Source: Raillietiella orientalis
Lineage: Eukaryota
NCBI GenBank assembly: GCA_036172245.1
Contig: JAYWIR010000008.1
Coordinates: forward strand, 868,001 to 932,000
DNA length: 64,000 bases
Direction of reading: 5' to 3'
The notes under the pieces are model-generated. The model worked only from the letters and a program-made list of their open reading frames with translations. It was not told where the DNA came from and did not search any database. Positions 1 through 13,385 of this stretch are shown piece by piece (within the stretch, counting starts at the first letter, position 1; the number at the start of each line of letters is the position of its first letter). The translations under genes and the position numbers were made by a program.

Positions 1-1921
1 CTGAGAGGGACAGCGTTCCCCGGGGAATAAGGGGGTGGAAGCGGCGGTGGGACGGACGGATGTGAAAAAACTTCCTTCCTGGCCCCCATTCACACACACC
101 CTTTTCGTTCCGGGGTAGCGGTCTCTGAGGGGCAGCGGGACTCGACCTTCCTGAGGGACGGAAGAGCTGCCTGGAGATGCAGTTCAGGGAAAGGGGAGCG
201 CGTCTGTGGAAGCGGGGGAATTCCTCCGGACCGTAAGAGCTTGCAACCCCTCCTGTCCTTCCTACTCCCCCACCCCCCGTCATCTCTGGATCGGACCATT
301 TCCTCCCTCCCCCTGACGAGAATGCCCCCTGGACAGGTCCCGTGACAGCCAGACGCGCACCCCGAGGACATCCACCTTTGGCCCGTGACTCGTTTCCCAT
401 CTTACCCTCCTGGTTCCTGCTCCCCCCCTTTCCCTCCCAGAGGCAGCTCCGTGAGTCGCACGAGGACCCGGGTGGCGTCCCGGTCGAGTCCTCCGCAGCC
501 CAGCTCCCTCTATCCCACTTGACCCCCTCGGTTCTTGGCGACTGGATCCTCCGGGCGAGGAGGAGCAGATGCGCCCTCTCCGCCGCTGCTTCGCGTGTGA
601 AGGGGCGGAAGAGGGGCGGAGGGCGGAGATGGGGGAGAGCAACCGGAACTTCCGCTCCGCTGCTCCCTCCAAAGAACTCGCCGCCGACAAGCCGAGAAAA
701 GTCCTGACGCCCCCTGCCGTCTTCCCCCACACGCTGGCAGGGGGGAGCTAGCCGTCGTTCCCAGTGTGTGGCTCTCGCAAACCGCTGGGACAGGGGAAGG
801 ACGAAGACCCATCCCTTCACAGGGAAATGGAGAGAAGGGAGAAGAATCCTTCCCGAGAAGCCGGCTGTTCCCGGCTCCTCGAGGATGTCTTCAACAGCGC
901 TGCGGCGGGATCCCTGGACGCGTAGGCGGAGGAGTGACTCCCAAGTGCGGGATTCGTGAAGATCTCCTACATCCCCGACTTTCCCACGCAAGAAGAGGGA
1001 AGGAGCGCGCGAGACTTCTCTAGGAAGTTGCACAGTCCCGAAAGGCGAAAGAAAAGCTCCTGCCCCCTGCGGAGCTTCCCCCAGGGCCGTAGAACCGGGC
1101 GGGGGAAGAGGGCTGAAAAGATGGGAAGCGAACGGGGACGGGGAGCAAGCACACCCTCTCCCACGGCGAAGACACCGCTCCCGGGGGCTAGGAGGAGGAA
1201 GGCAAGGCGCCTTTCTTCCCTGGTTCTGCCCTGAGGACCCCTGCCTGCTCTCTCCGCTCGCGCCAACGCAGCAGGAGGAAGACGCGGCCGTCCATTTCTC
1301 CGGTGGCGTCCCAATCAGCCTCGCACTCCGCGTCTCCCCACCTGGTGACCCCCACTCCTCCCTCTCTCCACGGCGGTGATGCCAGCCTGGGAGAGGGGGA
1401 GGACGAGCGAGCTCTGCGCGAGCTCGTGGCGGGAAAGTTCCACCTTGCGTGCCGGGGGAGATCCCAGGTAACCCCGGCGACGCGCGCAGTTTTCCATCTT
1501 CCACAATTTCCCGGTCGCGCGCGCGCGACCAGGACGAGCAGGATGATTGCAGCCACTTTCTTCCTTCCTCTTTTTCTCCTCCTCCTCATCCCAGTGGCGC
1601 GTGAGTGCCCCATCTCGATCGCATGTGCGCGCCTGCACGGCGAGAGCGGGAAGCGCCGGGTCGGGTGAGGCGGCGGCGGCGGCGGGCGTCGCTAGACGCG
1701 CGCGTGCAAGACGAGCGCGACGGAGATGGCGAGGATGGTGGTGAGGAGGGGGAAAACCGGGAGGGAGGAGATCCCTCGTATACCCCCCGCTCCCTTTCCG
1801 CTCCTGGGCTGCGCGCATCCTCCTCGCGACTGTCCCCTCTCGGGGGCAAAGAAAGCGGGCATACACACGAGGGAGGGGGCAGGAGTGATGGGGGGTCAGC
1901 CCCGCTCCTTCCCCTGTGGCA

Positions 1922-1927
1922 TTTATT
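1922..1927 (-). terminator. Polyadenylation signal of aristaless
   Basis: AATAAA on the minus strand about 40 nt after the stop codon, in otherwise very GC-rich sequence. Confidence 0.7.
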
Positions 1928-1967
1928 GTCTCCTTCTCCCCCCCTCCAAGGAGGGGGGGCAGTCGCG

Positions 1968-2973
1968 CTACCCCGGGGAGTCCCCGCTCTTCTTCAGCCG
2001 CAGCTCGTGCTCGCGCGCCTTCAGCCTCAGCTCGGCGATGGACGAGGACCTCCTGTCGGGCGGCCCCTCGCCGCCCACCTTCGACTGCGCCCCTGGGGGC
2101 GGCAGGTGCAGCAGGAAGTTCTGGAAGGAGGCGTACGGAGACTGGTGGAAGCCGGGGCCGCCCAGCAGGGAGGACCGGTAGTCCCGCAGAGGGGGGAAGA
2201 ACGGGATGGAGGGGAGGAACGTAGGGAGGAACGGGGCCGGGGGCAGCCGGGAAGGGAGGCCGGCGGCGGCCGCGGCGGCAGCAGCGGCGGCTTCGTAGGA
2301 CTTCCTGGAGTACGGGAAGCCGGGAGAGGGCAGGGCCGAGGACGACACGGGAGGGTAGGAGGGCCCGTAGGGGTGCGACTGGGGGCCGACCTTCTCCTGC
2401 TTCCTCCATTTGGCGCGTCTGTTCTGGAACCACACCTGGAAGGCCCCGAGGTGCGCCGCCGGCGGGGAGGGGCAGGCCTACCTGGACGCGGGCCTCCGTG
2501 AGCCCCACGCGCAGGGCCAGCTCCTCCCTCGTGAACACGTCCGGGTAGTGCGTGCGCGCGAACGCCTTCTCCAGCTCCTCCAGCTGGACACTCGTGAAAG
2601 TCGTCCGGTAGCGCCGCTGCTTCCTCTTCGGGCCCAGCTCGTCCTCGTCCGGCGCTGGGCCGCAGGCCGGTGGCCCATCGCCCTCCTCCGCCAGTAGCAG
2701 GCGCGGAGGAGGCGGCGGCTTGCCCGGGTCCCCCGCGCCTCCTGCGGCCGCGGCGGCAGCGGCTGCACCTGGCAGCGGCGACGCTGCCGCCTCCTCGTCG
2801 TCTTCGTCCTGCGGAGCCGCAGGCGCGGGAGGCAGGGAGGGCACCCCGCCCCCGGCACGGGGAAGGGGCGCCAGGATGTCGCTGATGGAGTACAGCTTGG
2901 GTTGCTGCTGCTGCCTGCCGCTGCTTCCCACGCAGCCAGCTCCAGGAGAACCGGCCGCGGACATCACACCCAT
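1968..2973 (-). CDS. al: Aristaless/Arx paired-like (Q50) homeobox protein, about 319 aa; exons 2973-2482 and 2435-1968
   Basis: Removing a 46-nt GT..AG intron (2436-2481, at the classical PRD-class Q|VWF position) gives a complete homeodomain, [64 protein letters not shown], followed by VGPQSHPY as in insect aristaless. N-terminal eh1/octapeptide YSISDILA; C-terminal OAR motif [16 protein letters not shown]. Confidence 0.96.
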
Positions 2974-4729
2974 TTCAGGGATCCTGTGGAGAAGGGAGGC
3001 GGTGCAGAGGGCGCCAGGAGCTCACTCCCGGAGAGGTTTCTCCCCCCTCCTTGCTCCTTCCCGCCCATCCCTCTCTTCTCCCGTTTCTCCTGCCAATCCC
3101 GGACTCTCTCCCGCGTTTTCCTGCCTCTGCCGCTGTTGTTGTCGTGGCCCCCGCGTTCCCACGGACGTCAGGGCGCGGCTCCGCGTAGTGACAGTGCCGG
3201 GTGACATGTCAATCTCCGGTCTGGGGTGTGCGCGCGTTCCCATCGAGGCACGTCGCCGCCCCTTTCCGCACGGGGTCCTCCCTTCCGCGAGTGTACCCCC
3301 GGCATGTCGCGTGTCGTCCAGCGTTTGCGCGCGCTTCTGGAGCGGGAAGGCGGGCGGATGGCGTCCGCTGTTTGCACCTCCGCTCCCCATCCCTCCTTCC
3401 CTAGGATGAGTCCACCGTCCTCCTCGCCACGAAGAGCGGCGGTCTCTACCGCTTTGCCTTTTCCTCGCGGACCCCTTCCGAGGCTGCCACTCTCTCCACC
3501 CATCGCCCTCCCAGGCACCTACGTCACCTGGAAGACGCGGATGCTTCCTTGTTCTTGCAATTTCCTGTAGGTGAGCTAAACGGAGAAGGTGGAGGGAAAC
3601 GAAAGCTGTTGCCCACGCGTGAAAGGGAGAGAGACGAGGGTCTTCCTCTGTGTAGGAGGGTAGCGAGGGAGAAGGGGGGTAAGAATCCATCTGCAAGTAG
3701 TGGCTTTCGGGTTCTCCCTGGCCTTCCCCGTAGGACAGCGCGGAGCTTCCCTCCTCCTCCTCCTCCCTCTGGAAACGGATGGAGTACTTTCTTCTTTCCC
3801 ATCCTGCCTCCACCTTTGTGTCGCCCCAGGGAGGCGATGGGATGGAAGGGATAGGGGACACGCTGAGCGTTCGGTCTGTTGTCGCCCTGAAGACAGGCAC
3901 GCAGGGGAAACAAACGACAAGGAGCTCCGACCCCCCCAACTCATACCATCGGAACTCGGAGACCCTTTGCTGTTGCACCTTCCTCCAAGGAAGAAGCAGA
4001 AGTTTCATCGGGCGTACGAACGCAGTTTTTCTTCCTTTCCCCGGAACGGGGAAATCGAACTCTTGGAGCAAACTCCTTCCGGAACCTCTGAGAGCTCATC
4101 CGCCTCCGCGGTCCAGAGAAGAGAGACCTCTCCGAAAGCTTCCGACTCGGATTGCGAGAAACTCGATGGCCACCCTGTACTCGAGGAGGCAACCCAGGAG
4201 ATCACTAGGGGCGCGGGTGCCTGGCGGCGAGTTCGTTCCCTTGCTCCGGGACCTTTTTGACCCTTTCCGCGGTCCCACCTTCCGCGATGCCCGCCGGCGA
4301 GAAAGTGACACGGCTGCGCGTGATGGGAGCGCGTAGACGATTCGTGCCGTTTTTCCAAGAACACTAAGGAACATAGACACTTGCAGAGGAAAGGGGGAAG
4401 CGGGGTGCAGGTGCAGATGTACATCTGATTGTGAAACTCCTGAGGCGGTCGCCCTGCTGTCCTCGTCCTCCGAATGTCGGAAGGTGGGGACAGCAAGCAA
4501 GGAGAGAAACAGCCTCTCCGTTCTTTTGTTCCTTTACCTCCGGATCATCGGAGGGAAGGAGTAAAAAAAAAAAACACACACACACACAAAACTCCGTCCC
4601 GGAGAAGGCACTTACTTTCGACAATCTCCAAAGTTACGATTTCATCTGTGGCACAATCACAATGCAAGGTGCACTTTAGAATGCACGTGAACGCACACAC
4701 GTACCTGAGAAATCGCATTTTCCCAAACG

Positions 4730-5135
4730 GACTCATTAGAAACAATTTGCCGAAACAATTTCGTGAGTAATCTGAGGATAATTTGGATTTAGTATGCAAA
4801 TAACATGTAAATCATCACTAATAGATACACGTTTATGTGCAAATGGATGCAACACGTACAATCAAGTTAACTGTAAACAAAGCTCATCGGATCCTTGGAA
4901 ACAAGCCTACGCGGATCGCAAACTTTTGTTTCCCATCGCAACGATTACGCACAAGCAGCGCGTACGGATGCATCGAGGATACGGCAAAGACCTGCCTGCT
5001 GCTCCGAGTCCCTGATGGTTCGAAAATGCTGACAAACACCAATTGCTGCAGTCGCATCCACTTCAGTGTTCAAAAGACCTGTTATTACCTAATTACTGAC
5101 GATTATTTTTCTCAGTAATTCAGAAAGATAATTAG
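4730..5135. promoter_or_regulatory. AT-rich candidate enhancer upstream of aristaless
   Basis: Non-repetitive AT-rich island in GC-rich DNA, with duplicated GAAACAATTT (Sox-type AACAAT), octamer ATGCAAAT (4794-4801) and several TAAT/TAATTA cores. Confidence 0.4.
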
Positions 5136-8100
5136 CCGACGCTTTAGGTTTATTATGCATTTGGCTTACAGTTAAAGATCGTAAGTCGGGCATTTGGAGG
5201 GGGAAGAGGGGGAGAAGGGGAGGAGAGCGAGCAAGAAAAGTTTTCTTTCCTTTCTTTTTTTTTTTTTTGGCTTTTGTGTTCTTTTAAAAAAAAATGTGTG
5301 GAAAGCAAAACAAAACAAAAAAAATCTGTTTAATACGTTGGGTGACTGACGCTGGATAACGCTGTGATCCTTCTGGAATCCCCCTATGGAGAAACTCAAG
5401 GGGGAATGGGGGAAGGGAGGGAGCACGGGATTTCTTTTTCTTTTTTTTTTTGCGCATCGCCTTCCCCCTTCCTTCCGCTTCCTCTGTATCTCTTTGAGAA
5501 CACCTCTCTTTGGAAGGAACGTTGGTTTTGGAATCGTCACATACGCGTGCAATAGCGGTGCTCTTCGCAGAACGGACAGAGTGCGGAGGATTGGGACGTT
5601 GGCTATGCTGCTGGTTGCCGACGCAACCCCAACGGATGTTGCTGAGTGTGCAAGGCGATCCCAAAACAGCAGTACCGTTCCCGAGGAAACGAAAAAATCT
5701 AGGAGACTTTTGGGAGCACGCGACAGGAGAAGAGGAGAGCAAGCAGCACTTGCAAGGATCACGCAGGAAGGGAAGTTTCTCTCTGTCAAAGGGCCGTAGC
5801 AAGACGGAAGCCGCTAGATCAGGCAGAAAGGGAGGAGCGGGAGGAAAAGGGTGCTTGCCCGGTCGGGGGAGTGGGAAGGCGAGCGTCGTCGGGAGGAGAA
5901 AGACCACGGATCATCGTGAGGTCATCGAGACCTTTCCCGAACCGCTCCCGCACTCTGGACTCCTGATGGAGCAAGCAACCTGGGCCACGCCGGCTCTCCC
6001 CCTTTTTCCTTGGAACGGAAGGCGGCACTTCCCTTCATCTCCCTCCGTTCTTCTCAGTCCCACCCTCGTTTAGCCTTCAGTCCTGGAGACGGAGGCTGCA
6101 CAAAAAAGGACCACTCGCGGGCGCGCTGCGCGCACCGACGTCCCGCCAGCAAGGATGGGGGGAATCCACTTTTCAAAAGAGTCATCTGATGGTCCAGCGG
6201 GGAGTAGGGGATCTCCTGGACCGGACAACAGAAAGAGAGGAAGAGGGGGAAGGAGGGAAGGGAGCAGCCAACACCTGAGGCGTACATGCACCTCCTCGGA
6301 GCAGGGAGGAGGGTTGGGTGCTGGCAACGAAAAGAGAAAGAAAAGGAGGGATCTCGCAAAGGGGTTTGGAAGCGAATCGCCTCAAGCAAGAGACCCCTGC
6401 TCTTCCACGAAGAGGTCTCCTCCTGCGGCTCCCGGAACACCTTGCGAAAGGAGGGAGGCGGGGTAGGGAGGGAAGGAAGGAACGAAGTTCCCTGCCCTTC
6501 CCTCCTGAACCTGCTCCGTTTCCAGACTTCTGATCGCTGCGATTTCCCCAGAAGGAAATGGGGCGGCTTTCCTGGTCATTCTCGAGGAGGCGACCACCAT
6601 GGATGAGCGGGCCGAGGAACAGGGAAAAGGAAGAGTGGATCACGTGGGCGGGAAACCTGCGGCTCCAATCGACCGGCCGCTCACCTCCTGCAGGTTCCCC
6701 CCTCCCCCTCCCCTCCACCCCCGGGCCCGGGGGACGCAGAGAGGGAACGAATTTCTCGGGGCGTGCGCATGCGGATCGCGACCGGAGTGTCTCCGGGAGC
6801 ACCGAGGCTCCCGACCTCTTTCTCCACCCCCTCGTCCGAAAGGGGAGGAGGAGGGAGCCAACGCCTTCTCCCACTGCTGCCCCCTCCCCCTTCTCATCAC
6901 GCATCCCTCCTTTCCCTCATTCGTTGCAAGGAGGCTCCTGTCCTCTACCGCTCTGGACGAGGTGCTGGTCATCGGAAGGAAGGAGAGAAAGCAATGAGCG
7001 TTCGCCCCACCTTCTCTTCCCCTCTCCCTTTTGCCTTCTACCACTAACACCAGCACCCTCTGCTTCCTTCACCCAGAGAAAACTGTGGAGGAGAGGCGCA
7101 AGGAAGCTGGGGGGGGGGGAGTGGAAGACGAAGGGGATGGCGCTCACGCGGGAGGGATCCGAGAGGGAGGAGGTGGTCGTTTCCGGTACTTCCCGCTTCG
7201 CGAGTTCCCCGGAGTTGCTCGCAGGCAGGGTCGCAGGTGGGGTGATGGAGTCGATGACTCGAAGGGAGGCCGGGAAGTGGGGAGGGGAGGGAGGAATCGG
7301 AGGAATTTGCGAGGATTTCCGCGGATCCTCCCTGACCCACTGGACGTGTGCATGTGTGTGTCTTTTCCTTTCCTCCTTTCGCTCTGGCCTTTACCTGGGA
7401 CGGCGGCTCCCGACGCGGACGGCACGACGGACACTTCTCTCTCCTCCCGCGACGTGCAGCCGGCGCCACTCTCGAGAAGGGGGAAAGCCACCGGGCAACT
7501 GCGCGACGCGCCGAGGGACCATGAGCTTATCTACTCCGACGTCCGGCCGCCAGGCGGCAGGGCGCGCGCGAGGGAGGGAAGGGGCGGAGCCGGACCGTCG
7601 CGAGGCTCCTCCCTCGCATCTCTGCGTCCGCCGCTCGGGCGACGACGACTACCCTGCACGCAGCATCGGGAGCGACTGGCGCTGCCGGTCTTGAGCCCAG
7701 GCGGGTTCGCTCCCCAGCGCAAGGAGGGCGAAAAGGGGGGCGGACGGGCGAGCCGTGCGTCCTTTCCCTTCCTTGTTACCCCCTCCCTTCTGCCCTCCCT
7801 GCCTCGTCCCGCCCTCGCTCCTCCGAGAAGCACCCTGAAGGGAAGGTAGGCGGTGGGTGTGGGAGCGGAGCAAGGTCTGCCCTGCCCCCTTTCCGCTCCA
7901 CCCCTCTTTGACGGCTCCGGGATGCCTGGATGGCTTGCCGCGAGCAGGAGGATCGGGTGGGCCGAGGAAGAGTCCCTCAGGCTGGGGTCCGAGGCTTCCG
8001 AGGAAGGAGAGGCACAGCTGCCGCAGGAGAAGGACTCTGAGGCCCTCCCATTCCCCATCCCTCCCACCCCACTCCCCTCTTCGGGACTCGCCTGTCCGCA

Positions 8101-10559
8101 CCGCCGTTCCCCCCAAACGGAGAACCGGATGCGGGGAGGGTTGGGTGGATGTGCCTCCTTTCCTGCCCCGTCCCTCGCCGGCACCGTGGCGCTGCAGCGC
8201 AAGTCCTGCCCGCAGCCTGGAGATGTGCTCCCTCAAAAGCTCTCTCTCCAGGCTCCCTTCCGGGACCTGGCCGGGACTCCCTTCCGAAAGCATCAAGAGG
8301 AGGCGAACACATCTCGGGAGAGCCAGACGGGGAGAGATGGGCGCCTATAGGACTGTACTTCCTCACCAGCGCCGGAGGGCGTTCTTCCGGGATCCTGGGG
8401 GTCGTCCCAGCCGCGGAAGCCTCCGGGCCTCCTCGCGGCTGGTTCCGAATCGCTCATGGGGTGGCCTGACTCCCGTGCGCCCCCAAGGGCTGGAGGTTCC
8501 GCGAGAAGGAAAGGCGCTTTCCGGAGAATCCCCTCCCTCCTCCTTCCTCTGCTCCTTTCCAGGTTCCCCTATGCTCCCGCGTCCTTAGGAAGAGCACGAC
8601 GGGAGCAGGACGGCCGTCGCCGGAGATGCCTCTGCGGCAGGTCGGGAGAAGGCTGGACTACGGGAGAGCTTCAGAACCGATCTCTCCCTCTCGAAGGGAC
8701 CGCGCGAGCGGGAATGGCCGTGCTGAATAAACACGAGCAGGAACGAGGAGGAAAAGGAGAGGAGCCTAGGCGCGGCGAACGAGGGGGAAGGCCAGAATCT
8801 TCCCCTCCGACCTCCCGGTCCCGAGACGCGAAGCTCTCCTGAGCGCTCACGAACTCCCCACGCCCTCCCGCGCGCTCCCGGCAAGGCGTCGTCCTCGGCC
8901 TCGTCCCGGAGCGCTCGCGGCGGTCGCACGAAGCTCCCGGCAGCGACGAAGCGCGGCCGTCGCCGCCAGGGCGTCATAGTTGCATCGCGGGCCGCGACGC
9001 AACAGTCGAGCGCTAGCGCTGCCCCGAGGTGGGAAGGACGCAACAATGCTGCGTCGAGCGATGACGGGGGCGACGCGGCGTCGCAAGAGCGAGCGAGCGC
9101 TCCGGGACGGCCGCGCGGGAGAAGCGTAAGAGACACGGACCCCCTACACCCAAAACCCGCCCTCCTCCTCCTCTCCCCCTTCCTTCCCTTCTCCGTGTCG
9201 TGGAGGGGAGCAGAGGGAGGCACCACTCGCTCTCCGCGATACCGGCAGGGAAAACGAGGGTTGCCCTGACAGCGCGCGCAAAGGGTTCGGTGGAAAGAGA
9301 GGCTCAGAGGGAAGGGAAGGTCGCTGCTAGGGTGTGGCGGGAGCGAGTGGGGTCGGAGAGAGAGGGTCGAGGTTTGCGCTCCCCCGAGCTCCAATCGTTC
9401 CTGAACTCTGATTGCCTTGGGAACGCCCGTGAGCTGAAGGGAGGGAGGGGGAGGCGACGGAACGCCCCCTTCCGGAAGACCAACCGCGGTCTCTGCTACA
9501 AGAGGAATTACCCCTTCCGACACCCTCTGCGACAACGAGTTCCTCCCTGCCGCCGCTCCCAATTTCGTCCCGGAAAGCGATCCTGCGCCACTCCTGCGGC
9601 AGCGCCACAGTGACTCGGGTCGTCGAAAGTCAGGTGGGGCAGTCGGGCTGCCTCGAAAAGCGGAAGAAAAGAGGAAGGAAACTCGGTTTCCGTTCGCCCT
9701 TCCCCGTGCCCCGACAGATGGGCGCCACAGCAGACTTCCTGGTCCCACGCACCTTCCCTCCCTCTCTCCAGAAGGGGGGCCGGGATCTCGGTGAGAGCGG
9801 AGCGCTCGCGGGGTTCCCTTCTCCCCCCCAAAGGGATCTCAGTTGCACTCTTTCCGTCTCCATCCTTGCCCACGACGTTCCCTCGCCCTAGCGACCTATC
9901 CCCAAGGAGCGCCGCTGCTGCGGCTTTCGAAGAGCCGTCGTCCCCATCCCTTCTCAAGACCCGGAAAAGGGGGAGGGAGGCCTCTCCGCCTGGGTGGTCA
10001 AGGACACGACGTCCTTCTTCTCCAAGCACAGTTCCCCTTCAGGATCCCCACTCCTCAGGAAGGAGCTCGCGGGTGGCTCCCAGGGCAGGGTGAGGAGGGC
10101 TGCTAAAGAGTTACGGGTGGGCGCCGCTAGTGCCCGCTCCGCGCCCCCAGAGGATAGGCATCAGGAAGGGGCGAGCCGCCCACGCCCTCGAGCAAAAGAA
10201 CTCCTGATCGAGTGGGGAGAACCTCCCGCCACTCCGGCCTCGGGAGAGGTGTTCGGGAAGAAGGCCGAGGATCCGGAGTTAGGGCCACGGGCCGCTTTGG
10301 CTTCTTCCGGCTCTCTCCCGAAGGCGCGGGGACTCGACTAGCTTCAAGTCCCGAGCCCGCGCTCTCGACCCGACCCCTTTCGACGAGATGGGGAGAGGGG
10401 TAGGAGGAGAGGTCGTCTCCGCTTCCAGGCGAGAGGAAGAAGTGGAAAAGGGGTTCAGAGGGGGAGAGAAAGCAAAGCGGCAGGGAGTGAAGGAGCTCCC
10501 CCTTCCACCCACCTATCCGCACGGGGGACGACAGATCGCGGGACGGCGCTCGTCCTAGC

Positions 10560-10680
10560 CGCTTTCCAAGGGAGCCCTGGGGTTCCTCGGCGGCTCATTA
10601 GGGGCTTCCCCCCGCCGGGATGACAGGTAATGGGCTGCTCTTTTCAATTATTGAGTTTTAATTTTCGCCTTGAGCCGACT
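10560..10680. promoter_or_regulatory. Short candidate enhancer
   Basis: Cluster of CATTAG, TGACAG (TALE/Meis-type), GTAATG, CAATTA and TTAATT within about 100 bp of GC-rich sequence. Confidence 0.35.
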
Positions 10681-12267
10681 CCAGGAGAGGAAGGCAGAAG
10701 GAGCAGATACGGAAGGAAAAAGAAGGAAAAAAAAACTCGGTACTGGAGCGTGGCAAAGCGAATTCGTCCCGATGGCTTCTCTCCACCCCCCCCTTTCCCC
10801 CCCGCCTCGAGCGGCTCGACAGAACTCGCTTTCGCTTTCGAGCGAGCCGCATTGTTGCGTTGCCAAGCGACTCATCGAGGCTCGCATGCGGCATTGTTGC
10901 GAAGAAGCGCGCGGCGACGAGGAGGAGCTGTCGCACCCACGGCGAGGACGCTCGTGGCGTAGGCGGCAGCAGCAGCTCGGCCGGCTTCACTTGCGACCTC
11001 CGAACCCATGCTTCTTCGACGTTCCTCGAGCGGGAAAGCCGCCAAGAACGGGGAGGATGCTAAGCCTTCCCTCCGGAAACAGAGCCGTCTCGGCCGCCTG
11101 TCCGGGAAGCAAAGCTTCGCCTCAGGAAGGAAGAGCGGAAGGGAAAGAGAGATACCAGTGGGAACGCTCTCCGTTGCCAGGAGACGGACAAGATGGATGG
11201 CGTGGTGCGACGGGCAGGTTTCCGAAAGCTGCGAAAAGCGCCCGATGGGAAAACGTTGATCGAGACGCTGCAATGATTTCGCTCCGAAAGGCTCCTGAAA
11301 GGAGACGTGGAATACGCGGCTGTTTCCACCAAGCACAGGAACGCGAAGAGGAGCGGATCAACAGATGCTGGTGGAACCTCCTTTTCGGCTGCCATGGACA
11401 CTCGGGAAACAACAGAACTGAGGCGTGGTCTTCTACCCCCTTTCCTTCCCCCACCGCACTCCCCGTCCTTTCGCACTCTGCCACCGACCCAACCGCTCAC
11501 TCCTTGAGTCTGTGATGACCCCGAGGTCAACCGCTTGCCAAACGGATTGGAACTTCGGTTAGGTTCCAGGTGCTCGGCGACATTCTGGAGTGAGAGTCGT
11601 CCAAGCTGCCGTGGTGTTCTTGACCACCCAGGCAAGTAAGCCAGGTCTGATGGACGCAGCACGGATGTGAGGGCTGTGGGGATCGGGAAACAAAAGCAGA
11701 TGGAGAAGGAGGGGGAGGGAAGAGTTGGACCGCGCGAGGACCCATTGCGTTCCAAGGCGTCACCGCGATGACGTATCGGATGGCTGCTTTCCAGAAACAC
11801 GGAGCACCACATTCTTCCGCTGACGAGTCCGCCCACATCCGTTCCCCAAGCCTCGGTGGCGGCGGCGGCTCCGAAACTTGGCTCCGCAAGACCTCGAAAC
11901 GCCTCCCCCTGGAAACCATGGACCACCGGCAGGAGCCTGCCGACGAGAGTGGCGGCTCAGCGACGAGCTCTGCCCTCCGAGGTACAGAAAACGGCTCATC
12001 ATAAAAGAGTGCTGGAGAGATCTTGAAAAGCGAAAGTGAGAGGGACTGCTTCCATCAGTCTGCCTCTTGTCTGGAATCACTATTAGAGAAGTTTTTCTCA
12101 TTTTCGTCTTTTTTTAGAAAAAAGGAAAAAAAATGGAAAAGAAAGGGAAGAAGAAACCCACAAATCTCCTTTTCTCCCTCCTCCTCCTCCCTGGCTGAGG
12201 CGCGCGAGTTTCATCTGAAAGTTCAACTCTTCGGCTGTTTTGCCTTTTTTTTTTTCCTTTGATTTGA

Positions 12268-12269
<2 letters not shown>

Positions 12270-12303
<34 letters not shown>

Positions 12304-12347
12304 GTTGTTGTTGTTGCTGTTGTTGTTGCTGTTGCTGCTGCTGCTGT
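12270..12347. repeat. Compound microsatellite (TG)n-(GTT/GCT)n
   Basis: Directly visible. Confidence 0.95.
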
Positions 12348-12589
12348 CGTTAACACTGACCTCCTCCTCCCTCCTTCCGCCCCCCCCCCTCCCCCCCTTC
12401 TCCGCACACACAACCCGCATTGGCGACGATTGTTTTAAAAATGGAGACCTTTAATTCGTTCGGCTGTTAATTCACTCGATTGTTTTCGCTTTACTTAAAG
12501 AAAATTACCTTTACAGAAAATAACGCACGAAAATGCGCTCTTTTTTTTTTTTTTCCTTCTTCTCCTTCTTCTTCTCGTTTCTCTCTGCA

Positions 12590-13385
12590 GGTCAATTTCA
12601 ACCCAGCCGGTGAGACAATAAATTAAAAGTAATTGTTTCCCATTTATGTATTCCAGGTCGAACCGGGCGAGGTTTCCGATTGGTCGCCGCGAGACGCTAT
12701 AAATTTCGCGGCTCCATTGATGTGGAATCTGAACATATCGTTCGAGGAGAGGCCGAGGGATTCGCCGGCCGAGCGCCAGGCCCCATTATGCGCGAGGCAA
12801 GCTAATGAGAACATCCAAGAAGAATTGGCTGGAATTTGAACGGCGATACTTCATCGGAGCTCGCGGATGGATTTCGACATGTTTGGCCTGAAATTAGTCA
12901 TGCGCAACTTAGCATTTTGATGAGATCCACCGGGAAAGCGAAAGGCAGATCGCTTATCTCCCACAGGAATGGTTTTCTAATTGCGCTGCGGATCACGACT
13001 CACAACAAATTACAAGCAAGTAAACAAGAATTAGGAAAGAACCAATCCTTTCTATTGAATCAGCATGTCGACGGAACCGGGGATGCATAATTCGAGAGAC
13101 GGGGAACGCTCGCGGAGGAGGAGGAGGAAGTGGAGGAAGAGGAGGATGAAGAGGAGGTGCGCGCAGGCTCGAGGATTTTTCCTCCAGAAAATCCTTCGAA
13201 TTCTTCGCCGTAATTGAATGGCGTGGAAGAAGAACCGGCACTCGCGATGGTGAAAGCTAATTGTATTATGCGTTGACACGATTGCGCTGTCTTTTACCGC
13301 GAAACGATACGGGCTCGATTTCAAATTATCTTGTCCGCGCTCCAATCACGTGAGTCACAAACCGAAGCGACCACGTGACCACCGG
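12590..13385. promoter_or_regulatory. Homeodomain-site-rich candidate enhancer with a P3 palindrome
   Basis: Many TAAT/ATTA cores; TAATTGTATTA at 13258-13268 matches TAAT-N3-ATTA; two CACGTG E-boxes near 13347 and 13372. Confidence 0.4.

Noticed and set aside
1315..2973. 552-aa ORF containing a partial homeodomain
   Set aside because: Read-through of the unspliced 46-nt intron into a shifted GC-rich frame. It loses helix 3 and runs past the poly(A) signal.
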